64,000 nucleotides of DNA from the IMG/VR virus record IMGVR_UViG_3300023294_000015, positions 3,343 through 67,342 of that record. The stretch is one strand, 5' to 3'. Below are positions 1 to 11,105 of the stretch, piece by piece; the first letter of the stretch is position 1, and the number at the start of each line of letters is the position of its first letter. A program made the position numbers and the translations under genes. Under the pieces are notes generated by a model. The model saw only the letters and a list, made by a program, of their open reading frames with translations, did no database searches and was not told where the DNA came from. This stretch comes from a virus.

Positions 1-32
1 AATTTTAGAAATAATACAAACTCCAGAAGATA

Positions 33-3000
33 ATGGCTGAACGTATTGAAAATGGGTTTTTTAAAGGTATGGTAAAAGATCTTTCTGATAAAATGAAAGA
101 ACCTTCTACTTATGAAGATGCTCTAGATGTTAGATTAAATTCTAATAGTTCAGATTCTGATAATGTTATAGTAAATATTAAAGGTAATAAATTTTCTTTT
201 AGTGTACCTGATATTCCTAACATATTAACTATTACGCCTGATACAATACCTACTAGCTGGGCAACAAACATAATTGTAGGGCATACTGGAGGTAACAGCT
301 TTGGTAACTCTATTAATGGCAGTACAAATAGTCCTGATGGATTAATGGATGCTATTGAAAATGAATTACGTACAGGTAATGCATTCGTACCATTACAGCT
401 TAATGTAGCTCGTAGTGGTAATACTATTAGAATATGGTCTGTTACAACAGACATACTTACTTTTAATACTAGTGCTACACTTACAACTACTGCATTACAA
501 ATTAATCAAGCTGCTCAAATACCTATTGGTTGGACACGTATTGATGACGATATATATATTATTTCTACAAATAACGATACTGCTATAGGAGGTATTGCAG
601 CTTTTTACAAAGTAACATACGATAAGGTATCATTAGTACCTAATATAACACTTATATACTCAGATGACCTTAGTATGTCAACTAGATTTCCAGTAGCTAA
701 TCCTGGAGGTATTGAGTCTGTTAAAGAAAATGATGAATTTGTACGTACATATTGGACAGATGGTTTAGATGCTAATGATTTTAGGTCTATGAATCTTGCT
801 GACCCTAATATAATGGCTGTACCACCTTTACAATTAGGTATTAAACCTATTGTAGATTTAAAAAAACCAGTATTAAAAAGTATACAAAATGGAGGTTCTA
901 TTACATTAGGGCATTATGAAGTTTCTTATGCTTTAAGAACTGCTGGTGGAGGAATAACTAATTACGCACATGCATCTAATAGTATATATATAAATGAAGA
1001 TTCTTTATCGAGTGGGTATCCAGAGTACCAAGGTGGAGAAAGTGGTATTATTACTTCTAAATCGTTTACTATAACGATACCAGATGTAGATACATCATTT
1101 AATAGTATTGATATAGTAATAATAAAAACTGAAGGAGCTGATGCAAGTCCTTTAATAGCAAAAGTAGCAGAACTTACTATTACTAGCTCTACAGTTGAAT
1201 ACACTTATACAGGAAGTGAACCTGCTGTAATCATTACAGAAGATGCTTTTAATAGACGTAATAACTTATTTGATAAATGTCATGCGATAGCTCAAAAAGA
1301 TAATATCTTATTTGCAGCTAACACTAAAAGAGACCCTTTTAACTTAAATTTTGATGCTAGAGCTTATAGATTTGATAATACACAAGAAGTAATTTTAAAT
1401 GATGTAAGTGCTACTCCTAGCGCACCATATAATTCTGTATTAGATTTAACAGGTCTTGATGAAACTTCTGATGCTATTAATCCTAATCAAAAGATTTACA
1501 AATACCAAGCTGATGGTGTTACTTTAGGTGGTGAGGGTCCAAATATTAAATATAAATTTGTTAATCAAAAATTATTAGCAGATGCAAGAACAGACCCAGG
1601 TTATGTATACCCTTATAGATTACCTTGGAGAGGTAATGCTACTGTTAATTTAGGAGATGGTACATTATATACGGAAGGTAACTATTTTACTGATTTTAAA
1701 TCTCCTTATATAGATCATACCTATAAAGGATACCGTAGAGGAGAAACGTATAGATTTTCATTAGTACCTACAAAAGCCAGTAATGAAGGTTATGCTAAGT
1801 GGATAGGAGATATTCGTATGCCCGATATATTTGAAGATTTTCAAAGTGGATTTGCAGTAGATGCTGCTGAAAATGAAGGTAAAGTATTTCCACTTATGTC
1901 AAAAGCAAATAACGTATGGTATGTAAATACATTAGGTGTAGAATTTACTGTAAATATTCCTGCCAATATTGCAGATCAAATAGATAGTTGGGTTATTAAA
2001 CGTGTCAAATTAGAGCCTGAAGATAGAACTGTTTTGGCACAAGGTATTATTCATATGTGTGTAAGAGATAATTCGCATATTCCCGCTACTTATCATCCTA
2101 CTTTAGGTGAAAATCATTATCTTAATAATATAAGTAGTTTGCCAGATTCTACATTGAATCCTAGTAATTCTTTTTCTGGTAATTTAGAATCATATCCGAT
2201 AGTAACATTTCATTCTCCAGATTTATTATTTGGTAGAGACATTAATAAAAAAACCAATGATAAAATAAGGATTGTACAAGGATTAGGTACTTATCAAACC
2301 ACAAAAGATAATGCTTTACAGCCAGCAATTAAAACCGTATACTCTAAAATATATCATAATATACCTTATGAAGACCCAGCAGGAACCAGTAATACGTTTG
2401 ATGTTAAAGAGATTAGAAATGCTGCTTTTGATGATGATTTTTTAATAGATACTTATCAATTTGAGAATCGTAGTCCTTTTATAACAAGTCCTGATGGTAG
2501 ACGTTCAAGAGGTACAGATACTGCTGCTGTTGTATTAGACAGAGGAATACCTTATGATTTCTATATAAATATGATGGGTTCTACAAGTAATTTTTATCCT
2601 AGAGGTGGCGATGTTGATTTCCATGCTGATAAATACCTAGTAAATTACGAGCGTGAAAACGATGGACAATACGGAGGTCCAGGATATTCAGCACGTTCTC
2701 AAAATGTTTATATTAACACAGGAGCACATGTTATTTTAAATAGCAATACTTTACAACATACAGTTAAGGTTTACGGTGGAGATACTTATGTCAATGTATT
2801 TGACACTTTAAAAATGACCAAAAGTTTTGATGATTTTACTGGAAACAATGAACCCAAGGGAAACGGGGATAAAAGAATAGCAGTAGGATTATACTACCCA
2901 TGCGAATCATTTGTTAATACTGATATGAGACATGGTTATTCAATTAATGGGACTCAAAATCCTATCGGATATATGTATGGTACTGACGACCAAGCACCTG

Positions 3001-4223
3001 ATGCGGAACAGTACCCATTAGATTACGGAGAAGATTTTAAATACAATTATGTATTTTCTGAACAAATGGACACACAACGTTCATTTCCAATACCATTAAA
3101 TACTACTGAAGTTTTAAGACATCCTGTAAGAATATGGGCTTCAGCTCCTAAAGTATATGGTGAACTTGCTGATGCTTGGAGAATATTTGATTCTGAAAAA
3201 TATATTGATATACAAGGTGATTTAGGTGAAATACGTCAACTTATGAAAGCAAGTGATAATATAGTAGCTTGGCAACAAAGAGGTTTTGGTGTAGCATCTG
3301 TTAATGAACGATCTGTAGTAAATGATAATACTGGTGGAGGTATTGTATTAGGTCAATCAGGTGTATTACCTAGATTTAATTATATATCAGAAAGTATAGG
3401 TTCATGGCATCAGTTTTCATTTATAAAATCTCCTAATGGGATTATGTTTTGGGATTCTAAAGATGCAGGACTTTATGTATATAATTCTGAAGGATTAAAG
3501 GATATCTCTGCCGATAAGATTAAAGGATGGTTATACTCTAATACAAGAGGTAACATACTAAAAGTAGATAGTCCTGCACAAAGTGGTAATATAACTCCTA
3601 TGGGTGTCTGTGGTACGTATGACATACGTAATAAAGAATACCTCATTACTTTCTATGATAATGATAGTAACATTAATAACAATGGATTATTTGATATGGT
3701 TGGACGTTCCTTTACAATAGCCTACAATGACACTAAGGATCGTTTTGTGAGCTATAGAAGCTTTAAGCCTACTACTTATATCAATGATGGAAGATATGTC
3801 CTTACAGCTAATCCTAGCGACTTAAATGATTTATATCTACACGATATAGGCGAGAGAGGTGTATTTTATGATAATGTTCCTACGGAATCTAGTATAACAA
3901 TTACAGTTAACCCTATGGCTACTATAACTAAGATATTTGATAATACTGAATTTCTTACTGATGTTATAGATACTAATGGTGTAGAAGTTACGGATGAAAC
4001 ATTTGATAGTGTTACATCTAGTAATTCTTATCAAACAACTGGCATACGTGCTGATATTAAACGTACTTTACGTAATTGGAGACATGCTATTACTTATGAA
4101 TTTGGTACACGTAATAGAATACGTTCCCATTGGATGAAACAAAAGTTTTCATTCCTTAATAATAACAATAAAGAGTTCAAGCTTTATCACATAATAAACT
4201 ATTTTAGAAAAGGTGATAAATAA
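33..4223 (+). CDS. Tail stabilization / muzzle-type protein (P22 gp10-like, crAss-like phage)
   Basis: 1396-aa beta-rich protein. N-terminal FxKGMxKD, central YRRGETYRF...KWIGDIRMP and C-terminal TKIFDN motifs resemble crAss-like tail stabilization proteins. Lies immediately before the ejected-protein genes. Confidence 0.75.
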   Translation: MAERIENGFFKGMVKDLSDKMKEPSTYEDALDVRLNSNSSDSDNVIVNIKGNKFSFSVPDIPNILTITPDTIPTSWATNIIVGHTGGNSFGNSINGSTNSPDGLMDAIENELRTGNAFVPLQLNVARSGNTIRIWSVTTDILTFNTSATLTTTALQINQAAQIPIGWTRIDDDIYIISTNNDTAIGGIAAFYKVTYDKVSLVPNITLIYSDDLSMSTRFPVANPGGIESVKENDEFVRTYWTDGLDANDFRSMNLADPNIMAVPPLQLGIKPIVDLKKPVLKSIQNGGSITLGHYEVSYALRTAGGGITNYAHASNSIYINEDSLSSGYPEYQGGESGIITSKSFTITIPDVDTSFNSIDIVIIKTEGADASPLIAKVAELTITSSTVEYTYTGSEPAVIITEDAFNRRNNLFDKCHAIAQKDNILFAANTKRDPFNLNFDARAYRFDNTQEVILNDVSATPSAPYNSVLDLTGLDETSDAINPNQKIYKYQADGVTLGGEGPNIKYKFVNQKLLADARTDPGYVYPYRLPWRGNATVNLGDGTLYTEGNYFTDFKSPYIDHTYKGYRRGETYRFSLVPTKASNEGYAKWIGDIRMPDIFEDFQSGFAVDAAENEGKVFPLMSKANNVWYVNTLGVEFTVNIPANIADQIDSWVIKRVKLEPEDRTVLAQGIIHMCVRDNSHIPATYHPTLGENHYLNNISSLPDSTLNPSNSFSGNLESYPIVTFHSPDLLFGRDINKKTNDKIRIVQGLGTYQTTKDNALQPAIKTVYSKIYHNIPYEDPAGTSNTFDVKEIRNAAFDDDFLIDTYQFENRSPFITSPDGRRSRGTDTAAVVLDRGIPYDFYINMMGSTSNFYPRGGDVDFHADKYLVNYERENDGQYGGPGYSARSQNVYINTGAHVILNSNTLQHTVKVYGGDTYVNVFDTLKMTKSFDDFTGNNEPKGNGDKRIAVGLYYPCESFVNTDMRHGYSINGTQNPIGYMYGTDDQAPDAEQYPLDYGEDFKYNYVFSEQMDTQRSFPIPLNTTEVLRHPVRIWASAPKVYGELADAWRIFDSEKYIDIQGDLGEIRQLMKASDNIVAWQQRGFGVASVNERSVVNDNTGGGIVLGQSGVLPRFNYISESIGSWHQFSFIKSPNGIMFWDSKDAGLYVYNSEGLKDISADKIKGWLYSNTRGNILKVDSPAQSGNITPMGVCGTYDIRNKEYLITFYDNDSNINNNGLFDMVGRSFTIAYNDTKDRFVSYRSFKPTTYINDGRYVLTANPSDLNDLYLHDIGERGVFYDNVPTESSITITVNPMATITKIFDNTEFLTDVIDTNGVEVTDETFDSVTSSNSYQTTGIRADIKRTLRNWRHAITYEFGTRNRIRSHWMKQKFSFLNNNNKEFKLYHIINYFRKGDK

Positions 4224-4238
4224 TATTAGAAAATAATA

Positions 4239-4270
4239 CTTGACAAATGACTTTAAATAATGTATCTTTG
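4239..4270 (+). promoter_or_regulatory. Bacteroidota sigma70-type promoter (-33/-7)
   Basis: CTTG-N20-TATCTTTG matches the TTTG-N19-21-TAnnTTTG consensus; it ends 9 nt before the ATG at 4280. Confidence 0.7.
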
Positions 4271-4279
4271 TAAATCAAT

Positions 4280-6343
4280 ATGGGAACTTTCAATAAACAA
4301 ACACGAATAAAAGACTTTGAGGGATTACCTCATGCGTTAAAAGGATTAGATTATACTGATGATGCTGAAGTAGAAGGTGGTGAAAAAGCTTATACTCCTA
4401 GAGGTTCTAAGAATGAATTTATATTTCGTAAAATATCTAAGCACATTAAGGAACTTAAAGCTGAAGATAATAAACGTCAAAATAGACCTGTAGGAGATAG
4501 AATTTCAGATATATCATTTGATGCTGCTGCTACAGAGATTATACTTAAAGAAGTTAATGATTTAGTCTCTGAAGGTATAGATCCTTTTAATGTAGAAGGT
4601 AATCAAGACCAAAATGAGTTTAAAACTGGTGGTGTTAATTATGCTACTGGCGGTACTAATAGACCTAGATACAGCACACCTACTATAAGTGACGATGCTA
4701 ATACTAATAATATAGACCCTAATTACGCAAATGAAAACATAGGATTTACTCCTACATCAAGCCCAACAACGATAAACCCAGGATCTAATCTTAACACCAA
4801 TACTAATAATGTTGGTCTTGGTACAACACAAGAAAATCCCACACAGCTTAATAATTTTTTTAGTGCTCCAAAGCAATTTGGAAACGAATCATTCAATGCT
4901 GGCGAAGATTTTACAAATGAAAATTCGTTTTTGCCTAATGAAGATCCTTTATTTGCAGACCCTCAAAGATATAATGAAGCTTCTGTAATGCCTAATACGT
5001 CTGCACCTATAAAATCCGATACAGCAGTACCTTCGACTACAGCAAAAGCATCAACTGGTTTCAATACGGCTACTGCAGCAATTAATGCGGCTAGTACTAT
5101 GTATGACACATTCAAAAAACCAAATACTGTAAATCAAGATGCAATGCAAAATAAAGATTACATCGACACAATGGCTAAGATTGCAAAAAAAAGAAAAGAC
5201 CTTACTACAGGAACTGCTATAGCAGGTACAACAGCAGTAGCATTAAACGCAGTGCCCGTATTTGGACAAATTGCATCTGCCGTTGTAGGCGCAGGTACAG
5301 CTATTGCAGGGGGTGTAGGTACAGCAGCATTAGATAAAGAAGAAAAAACAGCATTATCAGATGCAAATGCTTTTATAAAAAACGAAAAAAGTAGGGCTGC
5401 TAGAGGTAGATTTCAAGGTGAAGCTGAAGTTCCTAGAACAAGATATAATGATACAACAGAATTTAAGAATGGTGGTATGAAAAAGAAATATGCAGGTAAC
5501 TATGGTTCTGTAAGACCTACTGATCCTAATGACCCATCTAACGACCCTTGGAGTACTGAATTTGATAGTACACCTACTATGAATCCTCTATATAATACTA
5601 CTGGTGTAGAAGGATTATCAGGAGATGAACTTCAAACAGCTTTTTTAGATAGATTAAAAGTTAGTGGTGGTACAGGGCAAGATAGACTTTCTACTAATAA
5701 ATTACCACAAGTAGATTATAAATCTATGTTTGATAATGCTAATAATGCTGTTAATTTAGATGAATACTCTAATATACCTACAGATGAAGCTGCTATACCT
5801 CCACCTAAAAAAGAAGGTATGACTCCTGAACAAATTAAACAATTGTATCAAGGAGTATTAAGTTTTGGAGGTAATGCAGCAAGTTCATTGGCTTATTTAG
5901 CAAAAGAACCTAAAGATGGTGATCCAGTAAATTACCCTACATTTAAAAGTGGTAGAATGTCTGCACAACATCAATTAAGAGCAGCTAGAGATATGGGAGC
6001 TACTGCAATGGAAGTAGCTAGACAATCAGGTAGAGCTGACCCTAGTACATTAGCAACTTTAGCTACAAGTGGTTCTCAAAATGTTGCAGGTATACGTGAA
6101 AGTGTAGCTAATACTAATATATCACTTCAAGCACAAGAAGATCAAATTAACAATGGTACTATAATGAGAGCTATGCAAGATGAAGCTGCTAATAAAGGTG
6201 TAGCACAATCTAATTATTATGAAGCTATTGATGGTTTAGGTAGAGCAGGTGCTGGTACAACAAGACAAATGAATACTATGGATACTAACGCAATGCTTAG
6301 AGAGATGTATGAAAATACATTTGGAGTAGCTAAAACAGCATAG
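4280..6343 (+). CDS. Virion cargo/ejection protein with Gly/Ala-rich membrane segment
   Basis: 687 aa with no Cys. AEVEGGE motif, F/YxxGG repeats, hydrophobic TAIAGTTAVALNAVPVFGQIASAVVGAGTAIAGG segment; position after the tail gene. Confidence 0.55.
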   Translation: MGTFNKQTRIKDFEGLPHALKGLDYTDDAEVEGGEKAYTPRGSKNEFIFRKISKHIKELKAEDNKRQNRPVGDRISDISFDAAATEIILKEVNDLVSEGIDPFNVEGNQDQNEFKTGGVNYATGGTNRPRYSTPTISDDANTNNIDPNYANENIGFTPTSSPTTINPGSNLNTNTNNVGLGTTQENPTQLNNFFSAPKQFGNESFNAGEDFTNENSFLPNEDPLFADPQRYNEASVMPNTSAPIKSDTAVPSTTAKASTGFNTATAAINAASTMYDTFKKPNTVNQDAMQNKDYIDTMAKIAKKRKDLTTGTAIAGTTAVALNAVPVFGQIASAVVGAGTAIAGGVGTAALDKEEKTALSDANAFIKNEKSRAARGRFQGEAEVPRTRYNDTTEFKNGGMKKKYAGNYGSVRPTDPNDPSNDPWSTEFDSTPTMNPLYNTTGVEGLSGDELQTAFLDRLKVSGGTGQDRLSTNKLPQVDYKSMFDNANNAVNLDEYSNIPTDEAAIPPPKKEGMTPEQIKQLYQGVLSFGGNAASSLAYLAKEPKDGDPVNYPTFKSGRMSAQHQLRAARDMGATAMEVARQSGRADPSTLATLATSGSQNVAGIRESVANTNISLQAQEDQINNGTIMRAMQDEAANKGVAQSNYYEAIDGLGRAGAGTTRQMNTMDTNAMLREMYENTFGVAKTA

Positions 6344-6344
6344 T

Positions 6345-8111
6345 ATGCCAGATCCTACTAAAAAGCCTTTAGGTGGTGAGGAAGATACTAAAGATGTCTC
6401 TAAGGTCTATTCTCCTACTATCGAAGAAGGGACTAACATTCGTGTTCTACAAAAATTTTTAAACGAATCTTATCCTGAATTGGGTAAATTAGGAGAGGCT
6501 ATTGCTGAAGACGGTAAGTGGGGAGAAAATACCCATAATCTCTATCAAAAATTTAAAAGTGATAATCCTAAAAGTGACGGAGAAAACAGAAGAAATATAA
6601 GAGAGGGCGCACCAGTTACAGGGTTTTTAGAGGCTGCTTTTCCTGGAGCAATGACTACTATATCTGCCATTACTGATGATATTTTCAGAAAGCAATTTAT
6701 GGATTATGGTTCTAATGATAAAAATCCAATTAGAACCGAAGGAGATTTTACAGAAGATCAAGTTGGTGTTTTACGGGATATAACTAGAAAAAATTTAGCT
6801 GCTGGAAAATCATACATAGATTATAAAGATTATGAAACGGTTAGACCAAGTAAAGCCTACAGTTCAAATTCTGGAGTAAAAACTGCGGTATCATTACTTA
6901 CAGACCCTGCATTTCAAACTCAATCTGTATTAGGTAGAGCATCTATAGTGACAACACCTCAAACATTTACATCTGAACCAGATACTTTAGTTCTCGATAA
7001 TTATGATTTTAACAATGATGCATACACACATTTGAATAGAAATGGAACATCTACTGATAAAATAAAAGAATCGGTTGGAAAAGCAAGTAGTCCATATGGC
7101 TTTGTAAGAAATGTGGCTCAATTATTTGGTAGCCAAGAAGGTGATACTTCAGCTAAAAAATATGCAGTAAAAACTAGTTTTGAAGATGGTGGGTTAAGAA
7201 GTGATCCTACAGATCCTACTAAACCGTTAAACAATGGAAATACAGGTATTAATAATTTAGGGGTTTTACCTGATAATTATTTAAATAACATTATTAATGA
7301 AGATTTATTAATACAAGAAAATAATAGATTAGCATCTAATTATGCTAAAGCTAATCCTAATAGTGTTGTACAACAACCTATTAATAATGACAAAATAGAT
7401 TTTCCTAATACAGATAATAGATCAGCTAATTATGTAGGTAATCCTAATTGGGCATTTGCAGCACCTAATATGACTGGTAAGCAAAGAGCTGATGCTGAAG
7501 CTTATCATAGAGATATTATAGGTGGTGAACTATTAGGTTTAGGTGTTATGAAAGGTATTGAAAAATTACCTCAAATAAAAAATACAGTACAACAAGCTGG
7601 TAAATATCTGACAGAAGAAACTCCCTTAAAAAATACTTATAAATATAATCCTTTAGCTTTTAAACCAGATTCAGAATCTTATTATAGAATGCTTGGAAAT
7701 ACTGGTTATAAAGATGCTGCTGAGAGTGGTGTTTTAAGGGCTGCACCCAAAGGAACAAGTAATAATTGGATGATGGATAATACTGATAATGCTAATAAAG
7801 TATGGTTCAATAAAGGTATTCCTATGAATGAAAGGATTGATAAATCTTTATATATGGGTTATAAAGGACCTGATTTTGTAGAATATAAAGGTTCATTATT
7901 AGAAAGCCCAAGTAAAAAAAGAATTTATGGATATTCAGAATCTCCAATTCCTATAGATAATAATTCTAAATTCTATACTGAAGATTGGTTACAAGGATAT
8001 AAACAAATAGAGAAACCTAACTTCCATAACGGAGGTATACACAATATAAATAGAGCTAACATATCAGAAACATTTGATGAGATGATGCTTAAACCTTACT
8101 TAAACAAATAA
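6345..8111 (+). CDS. Putative virion internal protein, two modules separated by FxxGG-DPxDP
   Basis: 588 aa. N-terminal LQKFLN...EDGKWGENT resembles a peptidoglycan-binding (PG_binding_1) motif. FEDGG and FHNGG motifs. Confidence 0.45.
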   Translation: MPDPTKKPLGGEEDTKDVSKVYSPTIEEGTNIRVLQKFLNESYPELGKLGEAIAEDGKWGENTHNLYQKFKSDNPKSDGENRRNIREGAPVTGFLEAAFPGAMTTISAITDDIFRKQFMDYGSNDKNPIRTEGDFTEDQVGVLRDITRKNLAAGKSYIDYKDYETVRPSKAYSSNSGVKTAVSLLTDPAFQTQSVLGRASIVTTPQTFTSEPDTLVLDNYDFNNDAYTHLNRNGTSTDKIKESVGKASSPYGFVRNVAQLFGSQEGDTSAKKYAVKTSFEDGGLRSDPTDPTKPLNNGNTGINNLGVLPDNYLNNIINEDLLIQENNRLASNYAKANPNSVVQQPINNDKIDFPNTDNRSANYVGNPNWAFAAPNMTGKQRADAEAYHRDIIGGELLGLGVMKGIEKLPQIKNTVQQAGKYLTEETPLKNTYKYNPLAFKPDSESYYRMLGNTGYKDAAESGVLRAAPKGTSNNWMMDNTDNANKVWFNKGIPMNERIDKSLYMGYKGPDFVEYKGSLLESPSKKRIYGYSESPIPIDNNSKFYTEDWLQGYKQIEKPNFHNGGIHNINRANISETFDEMMLKPYLNK

Positions 8112-8114
8112 CAA

Positions 8115-11087
8115 GTGGCTAACAGATTTACTCAATTTTCAGCAAAAGAATTTCAAGATACAATAGACCCATTACCTATTGGAGCTATGATGCAAATGGG
8201 TCAAATAAATCAAGGACGTAATGATGCTATGAATATAGCCTTAGGTAAAGCTGAAGCTGGTTTAGGTTTAAATGCAGGTTATGCTACACAAGGAGAGTAT
8301 GCTAACAAAGTTGAACAAGACTATCAAACAAAATTTAATGCTATATCTGATGCATATGCTACAGATGGAAATTATAGAGCTGCCGCAAGAGGATTATCTA
8401 AGTTTTCTCAAGAAAGAGCTGCTGACCCTAGAATCAAACTAATACAGTCTGATTATGATACAAAGAAATTTGTTGATGACCGTATAAATGCAAAAGGTTA
8501 TGGTGTTAGCAGTCGTTTTGGTGCTCATGATGATAAAACTGGACAATGGAATGTTGGTGATTTAGAAGCTATGGCTGGTAGAAACGAAATGATTACTGGT
8601 GCTCATTATAATTTTCAAGAAAACGTATCAGACCTTAAAACATACTCTCCTTATATTGAAAAAATAAAACCTATTATAGATGATCAATATACTTTAGTAA
8701 ATAATCCTGAAACTGGTAAACCTGAGTATAGACATAAACAAACAGATAAAATATTAGATTATGAAGGTGTAAAGAACCACTCTATAAAGTTTCTTAGTTC
8801 ATTTAGGAATGATGATGGTACTATTAATATGGAAGCATTAACTGCTTTAGATCCTGAAATGGCTCAAAATGCAGCTTGGAAAATGGAGTCTTTAAAAAGA
8901 GAAGGTAGAGAAGGGCAATATAAATGGGATTCTTTATTTGATAATTATATGAATATTGCAGAATTATCATTCTTTACAGAAGGTAAGCAAAATCTTACTG
9001 GTGCTGGTGCTGATGGGTCTAGTGAATACGGACAAGAATCATCAATACCACTTAGACCTATCGGGGAAATAGATTATAATGTTGTTAACGCTACAAATAC
9101 ACCTGCTGGAGAAATTACTAATATAGCCAATATGTCAAAAGCCATTGGTACAAACGCACTTACAGGTATAGATTCGGAAACTGGATATTCATTGAATGAT
9201 ATGAGTTATGCTCCAAGTAGAACATTTAATCCTCAAGAACGTAGAGATTATGATACAACATTTATAGAAAAACAAAGAAATATATATGCAAGTACTTTTG
9301 ATGTTATTCATAATAAATTAAAAGAAAATAATAAACCTGTTCAAATGCCTGACGGAAATTGGCAATATAAAACAGAGCCTTCAGAAGTTGAAGAACAAGC
9401 TCGTCAAGATACAGATGCTATGCTGTTAAAAAGACGTAAAGCTTCAAAATCAACTAATGATGCCGCACTTAAAACTCTTTCTGAAGGGGATGAAGTACCT
9501 ACCGAGGAAAAAATAAAAGAAGAATTAAATAAGTTAACTCCTGGAATAAGAGCTGTTTATGATGCTACTATTGATTATAAAAACCTTTTGGATGAAACTA
9601 AAGATTTTACTGATAAACATGGTGGTTTTTATATTTCAGAAAAAAGTAATGGAATTTCTTATAAAAAATGGGCTGAAGAAACTACAAGATTAAGCGATGA
9701 AATGGATAGAGCTTCTAGAGTCAAGCTTGTTAAACATAAGTTGAGAGATGATTTTATTATTCAAAATGATCAACTCATTCCTAAAAAATACGAAAAGTAT
9801 TATTCTAATTTAAACGAAGCTATTGAGTCTAACTTTGGACAAGAAGAGTTTACTACTACAGGATATTTATTGACAAAGACAGATGGAGATCTTACATCTA
9901 AGGAAATACCAATGTCTCATAAAATTATCAACGATGCTGCGATTGCTCGTATGCAAGGAGGTACAGGTGTTTACTATAAAGGCTCACCTTTGAATGCTAT
10001 GACACAACCTGATGGGGAAGACGGTCAAAATATAAAAAGTTTATACGTAGCAGGTACTGATAATGACACTCATGATTTTAGTAATGGTAATTACGTTCCT
10101 AGAAGTTTTTACTTTGATAATATTAACGATAAGTGGATGGTAAGAGGGTTATTCTCTACAACTAAAGATGGAGAAATAATTAAAAGTTCCGAATATGATG
10201 TTGATGTTACAGATAATATGCGGCAATTTATGACAAATCCTCAAATGAAAGAAGTTATTGCGACAGACAGAGCCGTTGATATTATCGAAGGTACTTACAA
10301 AGGTACTTCTACAGTGGCTAAATTTGGAAGACCCGATGATGTTACAGGATCATATGGAGATATTGTTGTATCTGTAACACCTACTGGAAGTTATTCAATA
10401 TCAGGAAAAGTATTTGACCCTGAAAAAGGTACTGTAAGGAGTATTACTGAAATGCTAGTAGAGGCAGGAGAAAACCCTTTAAAAATGAATAAAGTAGATG
10501 CTAAAGAACATTTATCTTCTATATTTAAAAATCAAATGTATTATGGTGAACAAGAAAAAGTAGGTACTACATCTTTAAACATCCCAAAAGAATTTAAAGC
10601 AGATGTCGATTATGCATTCAATACTATAGGTAATTATGAAAGTGAGGGTAACACAGGTGAGTACAATGCAATGAACCAAGGAGGTGCTGATGAGGGACGT
10701 GAGGTTTTCAATGGGGGAAATAGTTATAACATTATTGGTAAACGTGTCGTAGACATGACTATATCAGACGTAATGAAACGTCAAAACATACCAAAAGACA
10801 GTAAGGATAGTGGAGATAGGATTCATGCGGTTGGTAAATTTCAATTTACAAAAGATACTTTCAAAGAGTATGCTGATAAATTGAACATTCCTTATGATTC
10901 AAAAGTAACTCCTGAAGTACAACAAAGAATGGCATTAGAGCTTATAAAAGATGAAGCCAAACGTACTACATCAAGGAGTAAACTAAAAGAACGTCTTAAA
11001 ATTAGATGGGTTGGATTAGAAAAAGCTTCTGATGCTGAATTAGAAAAGCTTATTGATAGTGCATTTGCAATAGGTAATAACCTATAA
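8115..11087 (+). CDS. Ejection protein with C-terminal lysozyme-like (muramidase/transglycosylase) domain
   Basis: 990 aa, GTG start. C-terminal YES..GEYNA...MTI..V...AVGKFQFTxxT...PEVQ...W is a lambda-lysozyme-like signature. Confidence 0.65.
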   Translation: MANRFTQFSAKEFQDTIDPLPIGAMMQMGQINQGRNDAMNIALGKAEAGLGLNAGYATQGEYANKVEQDYQTKFNAISDAYATDGNYRAAARGLSKFSQERAADPRIKLIQSDYDTKKFVDDRINAKGYGVSSRFGAHDDKTGQWNVGDLEAMAGRNEMITGAHYNFQENVSDLKTYSPYIEKIKPIIDDQYTLVNNPETGKPEYRHKQTDKILDYEGVKNHSIKFLSSFRNDDGTINMEALTALDPEMAQNAAWKMESLKREGREGQYKWDSLFDNYMNIAELSFFTEGKQNLTGAGADGSSEYGQESSIPLRPIGEIDYNVVNATNTPAGEITNIANMSKAIGTNALTGIDSETGYSLNDMSYAPSRTFNPQERRDYDTTFIEKQRNIYASTFDVIHNKLKENNKPVQMPDGNWQYKTEPSEVEEQARQDTDAMLLKRRKASKSTNDAALKTLSEGDEVPTEEKIKEELNKLTPGIRAVYDATIDYKNLLDETKDFTDKHGGFYISEKSNGISYKKWAEETTRLSDEMDRASRVKLVKHKLRDDFIIQNDQLIPKKYEKYYSNLNEAIESNFGQEEFTTTGYLLTKTDGDLTSKEIPMSHKIINDAAIARMQGGTGVYYKGSPLNAMTQPDGEDGQNIKSLYVAGTDNDTHDFSNGNYVPRSFYFDNINDKWMVRGLFSTTKDGEIIKSSEYDVDVTDNMRQFMTNPQMKEVIATDRAVDIIEGTYKGTSTVAKFGRPDDVTGSYGDIVVSVTPTGSYSISGKVFDPEKGTVRSITEMLVEAGENPLKMNKVDAKEHLSSIFKNQMYYGEQEKVGTTSLNIPKEFKADVDYAFNTIGNYESEGNTGEYNAMNQGGADEGREVFNGGNSYNIIGKRVVDMTISDVMKRQNIPKDSKDSGDRIHAVGKFQFTKDTFKEYADKLNIPYDSKVTPEVQQRMALELIKDEAKRTTSRSKLKERLKIRWVGLEKASDAELEKLIDSAFAIGNNL

Positions 11088-11105
11088 TAACATAAAAATA
11101 ATTTA

